Assembly (NCBI GenBank): GCA_010093815.1
Contig: ML996577.1
Reading direction: 5' to 3' (one strand)
Source: Pseudovirgaria hyperparasitica
Lineage: Eukaryota
Length of the DNA: 64,000 nt
The notes below the pieces were generated by a model. That model was not told the origin of the DNA and ran no database searches. It worked only from the letters and a program-made list of their open reading frames with translations. The translations under genes were made by a program, and so were the position numbers. Positions 38,494 to 51,226 of the stretch are shown one piece after another (the first letter of the stretch is position 1; each line of letters starts with the position of its first letter).

Positions 38494-40324
38494 ATGCTGG
38501 TTTCACTTCTTTCTCTAGCTGGCTTCGCAATCGCACGCGACATCACATTCGCCCCAGTCTACGCGTATGACAGCCAAAATCCCATTCACGTCGATACACC
38601 AGGATTGTCCGCTGATGTGACAACTGCTAAGTTCGTTGGGCTCTCTACTTTTGCCAATTTGCCGTATGTGCATTGTCTCGCTGGGAAGGGAGTTGAGGTG
38701 GAAAAATATGACATTGCCATCATTGGAGCACCCTTTGATACTGTGAGTGAGACGATCCATATTTCTATGTGAACGTTCACCTTCTCTGCCGCTATAGTAC
38801 ATCAGACTAATCTAATTGATGTCAGGGAGTGACGTCTAGGCCCGGTGCACGCTTCGGACCTAGAGGGATACGGCAAGGCTCGACTCGCATTGACCCGGGA
38901 TCCGCATGGGATGTGTACACAGGTATGTTGTTTGCTGCATCCTGTACAACCAAGTTCCTTGACAGGCGTCAACGACATCCTGTACCTCCTATCATACGCA
39001 GTATATAGCCCCAGTGGTCTGTGAATGTCTACAAACCAAGTCTATGCCCTTCACGGAAAGCTACGTGCCATCATGACGGCTACCAGCAGGATATAACGCT
39101 GGTTACCGCTTCCCCGACCAATCATCAGACCGCGTCCTGCATTACTGAAAGTGACACTGACAAGCAAAAAGGAGATAACGTTTTCCAGTCCTGGGCAAGG
39201 ATTGTGGACTGCGGCGACGCCCCTTTGACATATCTCGTAAGTCTTACCAAACCCTCAAAGGAGCAGTGAGGCTGATTCTATACCCAGGATAACACTGTCG
39301 CACTGAAACAGCTCGATGCAGCGCACAAGGTCAGTACGAGATCTCGACCAACTTGCTAGGCTGGCTGAAACTTGCCCAGATAGTCTCAGGTCGTGAAACA
39401 AATTCTAGTCAGTACACGACAGCTCGAATTATAACGTTAGGAGGAGATCATACGACTACTCTATCAGCCTTGCGCTCTGCGCACAATCATTGGGGTCCAG
39501 TCAGCGTGATCCACTTTGACAGTCATCTTGGTATGTGAATCCGTGTATCTTTAACAGTCAGGCTGGCTTACAATAACATGATAGACACTTGGGACCCTGA
39601 TGTTCTAGGTTAGTCTCGAGAATCGTCATGTGTAACTGTTCTAACACTCAAACAGGGGGTGGAATATCTCACTATGCGTAGGTAACCACCAATCCAGCTT
39701 CAAGCAGTCTCTCTGACGAGAATCCTTGTAGTGGCGTCAACCACGGCACATTCTTGCACATCGCCCATGAGGAAGGTTTGATTCGGAACACATCTGCCCA
39801 TGCAGGTCTCCGAGCACCCATGTCCAGCCCCAAAGGCGATCTGAAGAACGATCGACGATGCGGTTTTGCAATTGTCACAGCTCGAGATATTGACAGGATC
39901 GGTATTCAGGGGGTCATCGAAACGCTCAAAGCGCGAGTTGGATCGACGAATGTTTATATCAGTGTTGACATCGACGTACTTGACCCAGCATTTGCCCCGG
40001 GTAGGTAGCATACCCGTGCGATGATATCTTTGCTTACCTGCTGCGCTTAGCTACTGGTACATCTGAAGTCGGAGGTTGGACGACAAGAGAACTGCTCAGC
40101 ATTCTCGATGGGCTCGCAGAACTGAATATTATTGGTGCAGACGTTGGTGAGCTTTTTCAGAATCCTGATATGTACCTTCCGGACTGACTGAACCGTGTAC
40201 AGTCGAAGTTGCACCGATATACGACAACCCTGGCGAGACTACGGTGCTTGCAGCAGCTGAAATTGTTCGATCCCTGATAGCGTTGATGGTGTATAACCCT
40301 GTCAAGACCCTGTCTACAGTGTGA
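38494..40324 (+). CDS. Agmatinase / ureohydrolase (arginase family) with signal peptide, 10 exons including 24- and 22-nt micro-exons (39585-39608, 39656-39677)
   Basis: GAPFDT|[63 protein letters not shown]; all junctions GT-AG and frame-consistent. Confidence 0.93.
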
Positions 40325-40747
40325 AAGCCGCAAAGGTGATACTGTATCACTACTGTAGTAGCGTCTGTTTCAGGGTCTAACTGTAATTCTCAATCCTTGG
40401 CACATATAGACAGAGACCGAAATGGTCAACAATGGGACCATTAGTTGGCGTGAACTGTAACGGACGCAATTCACACAGTCTACTCACTCTATCCTTGTAA
40501 AAGAGACCAACATTGTACCCATGTTCTATGTTCACAGCACCAGATTAGACGTCTTCCACTGTTGACATCAACGCGTATTATGTATCCCACTCCTCCTATT
40601 CGCTCATTCATCCCTACGCACTACCACCCCGCAAACGCACGGTCCGTGCTCTAGCCACTCAACACCTCACCCCTCAACTGCACTAACGACATCACACATC
40701 GCTTTCAACCCAAAGATAGACATATTGTCACATACACAGCAATCACC

Positions 40748-41337
40748 ATGTCAGATTCAAAAGGCCACGTCCAAGAACCCAAGAACTTCGCTCCCAAGGT
40801 GCCCGTCACACTCGACCCTCCAAAGAGCGACCCCATCACGCAAGATTATCTGGCCAAGTGCGATGGTACGCATGAGGGTTATCCGACATATGTTGCGATA
40901 AAGGTGTGTATTCCTCAGATATCTAATAATGTATTCTCTTTCTCTGTGTTCAATGTCGAGTGGAATGTGATGAACACAATGCCGAGCGGCAATGAATGCA
41001 CAGAATGCATGAATATGCAGATTCTAACCGAGCTACAACAGGGCAAAGTCTACGACGTATCTAACAAAGATGCCTACGGACCGGGAGGGCAATATCATGG
41101 TAAACCGATCTCCATCTCTTGATGGCTCAGGCTGTTGTGCATGAACTCACCGAATCAGTCTTCGCCGGCAAAGACGCCTCACGTGCGCTCGCGAAGTCGA
41201 GTCTGAAAGCCGAGGAGGCGGTGCCGCAATGGCAGGATCTGGACGACAAGGAGAAGACGGTACTGGAGGAGTGGGTTACGTTCTTCAGTAAGCGGTACAA
41301 TGTCATGGGCGTTGTGCAGGGGGCTTCGAACTTATGA
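40748..41337 (+). CDS. Cytochrome b5-like heme/steroid-binding (MAPR/Dap1-family) protein; introns 40904-41041 and 41100-41158
   Basis: LAKCDG, YVAIK|GKVYDVS, YGPGGQYH|VFAGKDASRALAKSSL, LEEWVTFFSKRYNVMG. Confidence 0.92.
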
Positions 41338-41465
41338 GGCAAGGGGACATGTAGAAGGTGGTCTGGATGAGGCATACGCAGCATAATGCTTGATATCAAG
41401 AGTTGCTAAATACACAGTCATCGATCTATGCCTTGCTCATTGCTCCTGGCATGCAGTGTCATCGC

Positions 41466-42065
41466 CTATCCATACTTCTCCTCCCACCGCGTCTTCGGTC
41501 GTGAAGTCTGCTGCTTCGCGAGCTGTATCCCGATCAATATCGGCCTCTTGTCCCTCCAAGACAGACCCTTTCGACCACCCCTCATATTTGCCCCCTCGGC
41601 AGGTTGCTGCTGCTCATCCCTCGGAGCCCACTCCGCCACCATCTCATACTGCCCGTCTTTCGCATACTGCTGGAGCGGATTCCCACCAGGGGCGCCTTCC
41701 GCTCTCTGCCCACCCGCCGGACTTCCCCCTCCAGCCGCCTGCTGCGCCATCATATCTGCTTGCATCCTTTGATATGCTCTCGCCATTGCCTCGAAATGCG
41801 CGCGTGCCCTTTGCGCCCACATCTCCTCGACGGCGCTGCTGATCCGCTGGCTTTGGCCCGCTCTGCGGTCCGGCCGGAGGCCGGCTGGCCAGGACTTGCC
41901 CTGGCAGGCATAGCAGGGCTGATCGTGCTCCTCGATGACCTGGACGATGCGCCAGGCTGACCAGCAGGCATTGTCGTCGTCGTTGCGGGCGGAGTCGCAG
42001 TGTGTAGCGACGGCGAAGCCCTCGTGGTTGCACATATGGTATATGCAGTGGATATAGTTGCACAT
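41466..42065 (-). CDS. Hypothetical protein with N-terminal Cys/His motif (MCNYIHCIYHMCNH...C...C...CYAC)
   Basis: 199-aa ORF, CAAGATG start, TATAAAAG about 150 nt upstream. Confidence 0.7.
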   Translation of the reverse strand: MCNYIHCIYHMCNHEGFAVATHCDSARNDDDNACWSAWRIVQVIEEHDQPCYACQGKSWPAGLRPDRRAGQSQRISSAVEEMWAQRARAHFEAMARAYQRMQADMMAQQAAGGGSPAGGQRAEGAPGGNPLQQYAKDGQYEMVAEWAPRDEQQQPAEGANMRGGRKGLSWRDKRPILIGIQLAKQQTSRPKTRWEEKYG

Positions 42066-43065
42066 CTTGAATGCTTTGAGGTAAGGAGGGGATGGAATGT
42101 ATTGGCTTGAGATTTATGACAGTCTGAGAGACTTGTCAAAAGGTATGCTGTAGATGTTTTGTTTGTCCAAGGGGTTTGTTGTGAGGCTGGTAGAGGACAG
42201 AAATAGTAGCCTTTTATACTGCATTTGGAGCAGAAGTCTACTTCGAGTGCTGGCAAGTACCCTGTCAGAATCTGCTCAGGCCCATAGTTGTCTACTTCAC
42301 AAGGTCCTTGCGCATGGGCATCATGTCAGAAACCCAGGATCACTTTCTCGGTGAACTCGGTGACCAGCCTGCAGTAGCTCGTCATCAACTCTTCCCAGGA
42401 TTTCAAATCTTACGAGGGCTGGCTGCAAAGGCCTTACCTCGGCCATGTCCAGCATTTCTCTTCTGGCTGGGCTAGTTGCATGTTCTTCAAGGGGAGTGCG
42501 GTAAATACAGATGTTGCAGATATCGAGGCAAGAGGAGCCAGACATATTCGAATTCAGAGCCAAGCTCTGAAGAAAACATGGATCTGCACTGATATATTTC
42601 GACGGATCGATCGTCCGGGCCGGCATGTTGATGCAGTATCTTACACAAACTGCAACGAGGTTGTACCTTCGTATTCATGTGTTTCACAGCATTCCTGACA
42701 ACCTGCAGTAGCTCAGGTGTGTAGCACTGTGAATTTGATTACGGGGGGGTAAGGATGCTGCTGCATGGACGTTATACACTCTACTCGTACTTTTTTCTCA
42801 GGGTCTCAGCCGTGGCTTGCCAGTACATTGACATGACGGATGTATACAAACTTGCTTGCTTATCCCTGTTTTGCTGTTAAAACCAAAAAAAAAACATCCA
42901 TGGTCCAAGTTACTGTAGATCCGGCCACAGCCTCGGCTTTTGCCCCGCGGTCGATCTCCCGACCATTAACATCGAATTCACCTAGACTGCCACAGAACAA
43001 CACCTGTGGACAGCTCTTTATGATACGTCTACTATTCAAGCATAGACCTTGATACATTCTGGAAT

Positions 43066-44212
43066 ATGCGGGCTTTCACCATCAAGGAATTCAAAAAGGT
43101 GACTGGACAGTCTCGAAGGAAATACCACGACCCCCATGCTGACTCGTGCTACTACGTCCGTAGGGGTTCGACCATCTTGAACCCGGTGAGGCTCCAAAAC
43201 CAGAGCCATCAGCAGGCAACATACTGGTACGAGTTACGCACGCTGCAGTTACGCACGTCGATCTGTTGTATGCGCAAGGGCTGCATCAGAACAATCGACG
43301 TCACATGAAGCCACCCTTTATTCTGGGGATGGAATTCGCGGGGAATGTCGCTGCAGCACCCAAGGAGTCCAAATTCTCCGTTGGAACCAGAGTGTTTGGT
43401 GCTGGGACAGGTGCGTTCGGAGAATACATATCTGTGCCTGAAGGCCAAGTCCGTGAGGCGCCGCAGCAGTGGACGAATGCCGAAGCGTGTGCGGTTGGAG
43501 CCAGTGGCGCAATCTCTCAGGGGGCACTTGTCGATATCGCCCAGATACAGCCAGGGCAGATCGTCCTGGTCCTTGGTGCCTCTGGGGGTCTAGGTGTCAT
43601 GGCAGTACAGATTGCCGCAGCATATGGTGCCAAAGTCATTGCCGTGGTGGGAAGTGAGGAGAAAGGGGAAGTTGTTAAGCGATTAGGCGCCACACATGTC
43701 GTGAGCTACCACGAACCGAAATGGGAGGACAAGGTGAAGAGCTTTACTCCTGATGGTGAAGGCGTGCATCACGTGTATGATTCTATCGGCGCAGTCCAGA
43801 GTAGCATACGATGCCTGAGATACGGTGGCAAGGTGATAATCGTTGGATTCGCTGCCAGGGGAGGAAAGATGGAAGAGCTCCAGATGAATCGCATTCTCTT
43901 GAAGGGTGTATCGGTCGTGGGATACGTAAGTTTGTCTTGGTGTTAGGCGATTGAGAGAAACTGAGGCTAAGCATATTGCAGAGATTTGGCGAGGAAGGTC
44001 GGAGAACGCCACAGCAGATTGAGAAGACTTGGAATAGTTTCATGAAGCTGGCTAACGAAGGTAAGATAAAACCTGTGATCTACAATGTCGAATACGCTGG
44101 TCTCGAGAGCGTGCCACGAGCATTGAAGGATATGGAGGCTCGCAAGCCATGGGGTCGTGCCATTATCACCATCGCAGATGAAGAGGCACTGAAAGATAGA
44201 TCCAAGCTATGA
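43066..44212 (+). CDS. MDR-family (quinone oxidoreductase/enoyl reductase-like) NADPH oxidoreductase with PTS1 -SKL; introns 43099-43163 and 43926-43981
   Basis: PFILGMEFAG; VLVLGASGGLG nucleotide-binding loop; GVHHVYDSIG; IIVGFAA; NRILLK; ends DRSKL*. Confidence 0.92.
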
Positions 44213-44550
44213 ATGTCAGCTGTGTATGCCCATAGAATTTGATGCTCGCATTCGATTCATTCCATATTGCGTGATGGTCCAGTAGTAAGATGGATGCAGA
44301 TCGCGTCGCGTCTAAGGAATGAATCCATCGTCATCCCCGCGGTTCTACCGCACAGGCGGAACAAATTCCAGGGAAGATACGAATTATTCGGCGCCAGCAT
44401 AACGTTCACAAGGTTTGTCTTGCCAGCTCGCTCGACCTCAACAGACCATCGCCTCCCTCGCTCTCTTCTTCTCGCATACTATTCGAGAGGTTCCACAGGC
44501 AACGGCCAATACATCATCTCTAGAACCGCCCCCACTTCCTCACCAGGACC

Positions 44551-46203
44551 ATGTCAAAGACAGAAGCCATTGCGCTGAAAGACCAGGGCAACAAGGCTTT
44601 CAAGGAACATGACTGGCCAACCGCTATTGACTTCTACTCGAAAGCTATCGAGAAGTATGCAGAAGAACCATCCTTCTATACGAACAGAGCCCAGGTGTGC
44701 ATTACCCTGCTGGAATGGACGACACGCGACCAGGAGCACTGACTTCGTGCACAGGCATACATCAAGACAGAAGCCTACGGATATGCGATAGCAGATGCAG
44801 ACAAGGCGATCGAGCTCGATTCATCGAACGTCAAGGTACGAAGAACCCACTTCTAGTGGCGCCGCATCTCTAAAGTGACGTAGGCATACTACCGAAGAGC
44901 AGTGGCAAACACAGCGATACTGAAACATCAAGAAGCGCTGCGAGATTGGAAGATCGTCGTGAAGAAGAGCCCGAATGATGCCAACGCAAAACTACAACAC
45001 ACTGAGTGTCAAAAGGTTGTAAAGCGAGATGCATTCCTCAAGGCTATCGAGGTTGAGGATGCGCCGTCTGCCGCAGAAGGACTGGACATTGACAATATCA
45101 TCGTGGAGAAGGACTATGATGGCGTCAAGCTAGAGAAAGAGATGACGCAAGAATTCATCGACGACATGATACAGCGGTTCAAGGACGGGAAGAAGATTCA
45201 CAAGAAATACGTCTATCAAATCATCCTCGCCGTGAAAGAATTGGTATATAACGAGCCGACCATGGTCGAGACACACGTCAAAGAGGGTCACAAACTGACA
45301 GTATGCGGTGACACACACGGTAAGCTTCAGTCCCTTTTGTCCCTAGTACCCACTAACATCCTCCAAGGCCAATACTTTGATCTTCTGAACATCTTCAAAC
45401 TCAATGGATTCCCCACCGCAACCCACGGCTACCTCTTCAACGGCGACTTTGTGGACCGCGGCTCCTGGTCCACCGAGATCTGCCTCCTCCTCTACGCCTA
45501 CAAGTGGCTCTTCCCCACCTCGTTCTTCCTGAACCGCGGCAACCACGAGACGGACGACATGAACCGCATGTACGGCTTCGAAGGCGAGTGCCGCCACAAA
45601 TACACCGAGCGCATCTTCAAGCTCTTCAGCGAATCCTTCTCCGCACTGCCCCTGGCCACGCTCGTCGGCGACAAGTTCTTCGTCCTCCACGGCGGGCTTT
45701 TCTCGGACGACAACATCAGTCTGGACGACGTCCGCAAGCTGAACCGCCACAAGCAGCGCCAGCCAGGCCAGAGCGGACTGATGATGGAAATGCTCTGGAC
45801 AGATCCGCAGCCGGCGCCCGGTCGCGGACCCAGCAAGCGCGGCGTCGGCCTGCAGTTCGGCCCAGACGTCACGAAGCGGTTCTGCGAGAGGAACGGGCTC
45901 GAGGCCATTATTCGCAGCCACGAGGTGCGCATGGAAGGCTACGAGGTCGAGCACGACGGCAGGTGTATCACAGGTAAGTGACCTCCCCTCATCTTTGTCT
46001 CATGACATGTTACACCCAGGTCAAGGCTGATAATCCAAACAGTCTTTTCCGCGCCCAGATACTGCGACTCGACCGAGAACAAGGGCGCATACATCAACAT
46101 CGAATCAAACCTCAAGCTCCAATTCCACAAATTCGACGCCGTCCCGCATCCGCCCATCAAGCCGATGGCATATGCCAACCAAGGCCTGCAAGGTTTGATG
46201 TAA
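44551..46203 (+). CDS. PPT1: Ser/Thr protein phosphatase 5 (TPR + PPP domain), 5 exons
   Basis: [13 protein letters not shown]...YTNRAQ; GDTHG, GDFVDRG, RGNHE, HGG, IIRSHE, TVFSAP-x-YCD; C-terminal [12 protein letters not shown]. Confidence 0.96.
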
Positions 46204-46845
46204 AAACAGCCGTTTTCCGTTCCACCGACCATCAAGGAACGAGGGATAGTCGTGATGGACTTCAAAACGGGGGGGGCACCACGTCCTATGCATGCACAGG
46301 CGTTTTGTAGAAGGCGGGGAAGGGGAGAAAGGGGGACCCATTCTTGTTCCGGGATTCCGACCATCAGCGCGCAATTCATCGTTCATTGCAGCGGCGTTTG
46401 CTCCGTTTCTTTGGGTACATGCATGGGATGGCGATGTTGATGATGATGATGATGGTGCGTCTTCAGGAGGATGCAGGGAAAGCGCATTGATGTGATGGGT
46501 ATACCGATGATCTTGTTTGCTGCGGCAGGGTAGTGTGTCGGGCATTGATCTGTCTGGTATGAGAGCATTTTGGGAGAGAGGTGTGTAGGGCATGTGCATG
46601 TGCATGTTGCGGATATCTCGGCGTGCAAACTATAGAAGCAAGCAAGTAAGTAAGACGTCAAGGCCATCTCATCTACCATCCATGTGTCTCATGCATCATC
46701 ATATAATCATCTAATGGTATCGTATCGTATCGTATCGTAGCTATATACACCAACCCTCAACCCCTCAAACAAAATCTCTAAATCCCCATCCCCAAATCCC
46801 CATCCCCTTTCCACCCTAATCCCCCTCCTCCCCCATCATAACCCC

Positions 46846-49800
46846 TCACCACTCCCTCCAATCACTCCCATCAAGATTCATATAATCGTACGGCCCCACA
46901 CCCCCACCCACACCCACACCCACACCCCCAACCGCTCCGTTACCACCCTTCCCCTCCAGGCCCCCGTCTCCCGCCCCACTCATGCTCATCTCAGGAAAAT
47001 GCACAGATGCAAGCCGGGCTAGTTCATGCGGATCGATATCAAGAGGGGTAGATGCTGCTGCTGCTGCTGATGCGGATGCGGATGCTGATGCATTGGGTGC
47101 GGGTGAGGGTGCGGGCGCGCCCATCCATGTTTGCATGTTTGCGGTTGCGGTTGCGGTGGGGTTTGCTTGTACATTCACAAGCGGCGACGAAAGCGCAAAC
47201 CCCGCATGCGCATGCGCGAACGGATTCAGACGGAGGACTTGGGTCAGTGCGGGACGGGGGGCGGGGGCGGAGGAGGAGGGTGGTGGTGAGGAATCGGGGG
47301 GGATGGGGAGGGCCAGGGAGGGTTTCCAGGGGGTGTTGGGGTTGGGGATTGGGTATGTTGGGTGGTTGTGGTGGTGGTGGTGGATGATGTCGTGGTCTTC
47401 CGGGGGTGTGGGAGTCATTGTTTGGGGGTGGATGTGTGGGTCGGGGTGTTGTTGTGTTTGTTGTGTTTGGTGTGCGAAGGCGGTGGCGAAGGTGTCGTGG
47501 GTGAGGGGGGGAGTGTGGGTTGGGGGGTTTATTGTTGGGGTTGTCGTTGGATTGGTATTGGGTGTATTGGATGTGGATGTGGTGGTGGTGGTGGTGGTGG
47601 TGGTATCACGACGGACGGGGCGGGAGAAGACGAGGTCTTGTGGAGGCGGCGGCGGCGGATCAGGGGGCGGGCCACGTAGCTCGGCGACGACGGCCTGGAG
47701 GACGACGGACATGCGCTCGGCGGGCTGGTATGTGTCGGCCATGTCCTGGAGGGCGGCGGCGATGCATTCGAGGTATTGCATGTTGTTGCCGCGCTCGGTG
47801 GAGTCTTTCATGAATGCTAGGGCGGCGATGAGGGCGGTTGCGGCTGTGCCCTGGGGGTGTATGTGTTAGGATGGGTGGGATATAGGGGGTGTGTGTGAGA
47901 GGGAGAATGAAGAGAGAGGGGATACATACGGCATGCTGCAGGGCAGAGATACACACTTGCTTCGTATTAAAGCGCTGGCGATGCTGCCAGAAGATCTTCG
48001 AGACGCAGACGGCATGCTTCGTGCACACGCTGCGCGAGAGCGCGGCGACGCGTGATATCGGGCCGCCGCTCTTCTTCTGGACGTCGTCTTCATATTGTGA
48101 AAAGGGGCGGTGCAGGAGGATGAGTGAGGAATGATACTGTTGGTGGAGGAGGAAGAAGGAGAAGGGGGCTCGGGCGACGTTTTCTGCGTTCCATTTCAGG
48201 GGCTCGGGGAGGCGGGTGTACCACTTGTTGAGCTCGTGGTCGAGCTTGACCATCTTGGAGTAGGCGTCGCGGTCGAGTGAGGTTTGAGATTCCTTGTGGA
48301 GGTGTGAGCGGTCGGAGATGCGGCCGGCGAGTTCCATGAGGTCCAGGAGTGCCTAGGAAGTCAGCAGGGGTGGGTTTTGGGAGGACATGGGATATACCTC
48401 GTAGATTAGTGTCTCGAGAGATTTGCCTGGTCCAGCGGGCTTGCATGTTCCTAGTCTCTCGAACTGTTTGGCCAGGTAATAGATTTCTAGATCTGCGCTC
48501 TTCATGCTGGTAGGCCGTCCGAGGAACATTGCCCAGTACCTAGGAGACGTCAGCTACACTATCTCATTGTCCGGTCAGACAGATCACTTACTTGTCGTAG
48601 ATGACGCAGGCCCATAATGTCATCTGCCGGATATCGACTTCTCTTTCTGCGAATCCTGAAGCTCGAGAATCGAGATGGAGACTGCTCTGGCTGTCAGTCG
48701 TTGACATTACAATAAGTATCGCATCAGAAACATACCCGATGTCAAATGCAAGCCGTATCGCCATTCCTATTCCAATTCAGCAACGACCAAGAAAAAGCCT
48801 CATGTCACCTACCGCTATACATCCAACCAAGGTTGTCACGACCAACTAGAAATGTCAACCCATATACAAGCACGGTCGCGGAGAGAATGCCTCAAACATA
48901 CCACCACACTCCAAGTCCCCAAGCAACAAGAGCGCCACAACCGACGTGACACCCCCCGGCTGCTCCAGCTCGCTATCAAGCATATCCTTCGCCGCACTAT
49001 GCAGCGTACTCTGCCGCCGCGCAAACACAAGCCTCTGCATATCCGGCCGCGCCTTATCCGCAAACCTGTACCCCATAGCCAACACACAGACATGCAGATA
49101 GGGCGAGTAGAAGCTGCGCCCGCCATGCTTGTAGTCGTCCGTAAACGCCTCCTGGTGCACGACGTGCATGACGGAGTTGTAGTGCTGCCAGAACAGCTCC
49201 ATCAGGTACGCGTGGGTGGCGGTGGGAAGCAGGCTGATGATGTGTGCGGCGCGCTTCTCGTGCTCCTGGAAGCCCTTGAGCTCGCGCGACGCGACCTCGC
49301 TCCCGGAGTGGACGTGGCAGTTTGTCGTCGGTCCGAAGTATCGGAGCCGGCCGTTGAGCTGGTCGAAGCTGAGGTGGCCTTGCGTCGAGAGGAGTTTCTT
49401 GACCATGCCGTCGCGTGGGGGGATCGGCTGTGCTTGTGGGAAGCCGGGAGCTGTGTGTCTCATGGTTGTATTGTCCCGGCTTGCTGGTGCCATAGCCTTG
49501 TGTTCCATGTCCATGTACTGCGTGGCCGAGCCGAACTGGTCTGTCCGCATAAAGCTCTCCGTCTTCTCAACGTCGCCAGTGTTCTCGGAGCCTGAGTCCG
49601 GCATGTGAGGAGAGAATGTGACTGAGGGCAGCTCATCGGGTCCGTGGTGTCGTGTTTGTGGTGGGTGGTTCGCAGGGGGTGGTACGATCCCTTGGTCAAC
49701 AAGCATCTGTTCTAGCATTGATATCCTGTCGAGCAGGGAGGACATGTATGCTCGTGAGATTGGCCTACAAGGAGCAGTCATCAGTCATCTGGCGGAGTGA

Positions 49801-50152
49801 TATCATGAGCGTAGTCCGCACCTTCGTCTCTCGTCGTCATTCTTTATGATGCATTGCACGCCGGTCTTGCTGCACTGGACACATCTGGTATCATCGGACG
49901 GAACAACACACTGCGCGTATCATCAGATGTGGACAACAACCCTCGATCGAGCAGTAAACTCACACGTATTCGACGGTCTCGACAAGTAACGCAAGCCACA
50001 GAAGCCCGATGGCGAGACTTTGGCCGGTCGAATTTGGGCGACTCACTGCCGTCATCATCCGTCTTCCTGGCCGGTCGCGAGGCAGGCGTCTTTGGCCGAC
50101 GACTACCAGCCTTCGCCAACGTCAGACTCGGTCGCTGTTCGCCCTTCACCAT
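46846..50152 (-). CDS. Zn2Cys6 transcription factor with fungal-specific TF (middle homology) domain, multi-exon
   Basis: RASVACVTCRDRRIR|CVVPSDDTRCVQCSKTGVQC across intron 49911-49963; LRYFGPT; RQMTLWACVIYDK|YWAMFLGRP; LHQQYH...ILLHRPF; low-complexity tail. Confidence 0.9.
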
Positions 50153-51226
50153 GGTGTCACGACGCTGGGACTGGGAGTTGGACGGGTTGTTGGAAACATG
50201 ACGAGGGCAAGCCGATAATGCAAGAGTGCGGATGTCTTGCAGATGAATCAGGGCGTGTCGGGAGTAGCCCTAACTCCGAAATCCTATGCGCCTGCGATCC
50301 ACCACTGTGGATTTGATAGTGGACTGACTGGCAGTCAACGGCCGGGTCGATTCCTTTTGGTTCAAAAGTGCGAGTCCTGGACTTTGCGGGGTCCTCGAAA
50401 GGCTGTCTGTGGTGGATCGTGTAGTATTATTGAGTGGGCCGATGAAAGCTCGAGTGGGCATTCGTGCGGCGAAGTTTCCAGAGAGGTTGGGATTAGGAAC
50501 CTTGCATTTTCTGAAGGGCTCCGCGGGAGAGAGTGTCCACAGAGAGCGTGAAACGGTGCAGTGCAGTTGATAGCCCAGCGATGCTCTGCCTTCTGACGGA
50601 GGCTGTGTTGTATCAGTCCCTCTTGTCCCTGAATATCGAGGATGTGGTATGATCATTCTAGGATATTGCTCCAATATCTGCAAGGCCCGGCGCTGTGGAG
50701 ATTCGGCACAATCGAACGAATCTGCAACATCAGTCCATAAACCTGATAAGATAGTGAAAAGTGCAGGCAATGAAAGTGTGATGAATCATGATTGGCCCCA
50801 TATGATTCCGGCTGACTCGCCGTGTCTACCATGCTCATCGGGGAATTGGTGGCTGATGACCCGGATCAACCAATACAGCCGTGTGAAAGTGGATATGTTC
50901 CCCGTCCTTGCCTCCACTTCAGGCGAAGTCAAGCCTTCGGCAATTTACATCGAGATCCGATAGGCACCTCGGAGCGATGTCCGCAGATGTCGCAGTTGCT
51001 GGAGATTACACAGCATTACGGGGGGCCAAGCCAATGTGCATATGACTGGCCCTGGACCTGTATTGGCGAAGAAAAGTATATGGAACATAGGAACGCCATC
51101 TCGTTTCATTTCTGGGTGTGCAATCGACTCTTTTCACCGATCGCTGCACGCCCCTGGAACGCCGATCATCAGGTTATATGACTGAACAGGAAGCGTACTG
51201 TACATAAGCAGATTTCTCGTATGCCT

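Noticed and set aside
42321..42698. Short Cys-containing ORFs upstream of the 42065 gene
   Set aside because: Competing frames, no shared Cys spacing with the MC family, no supporting signals
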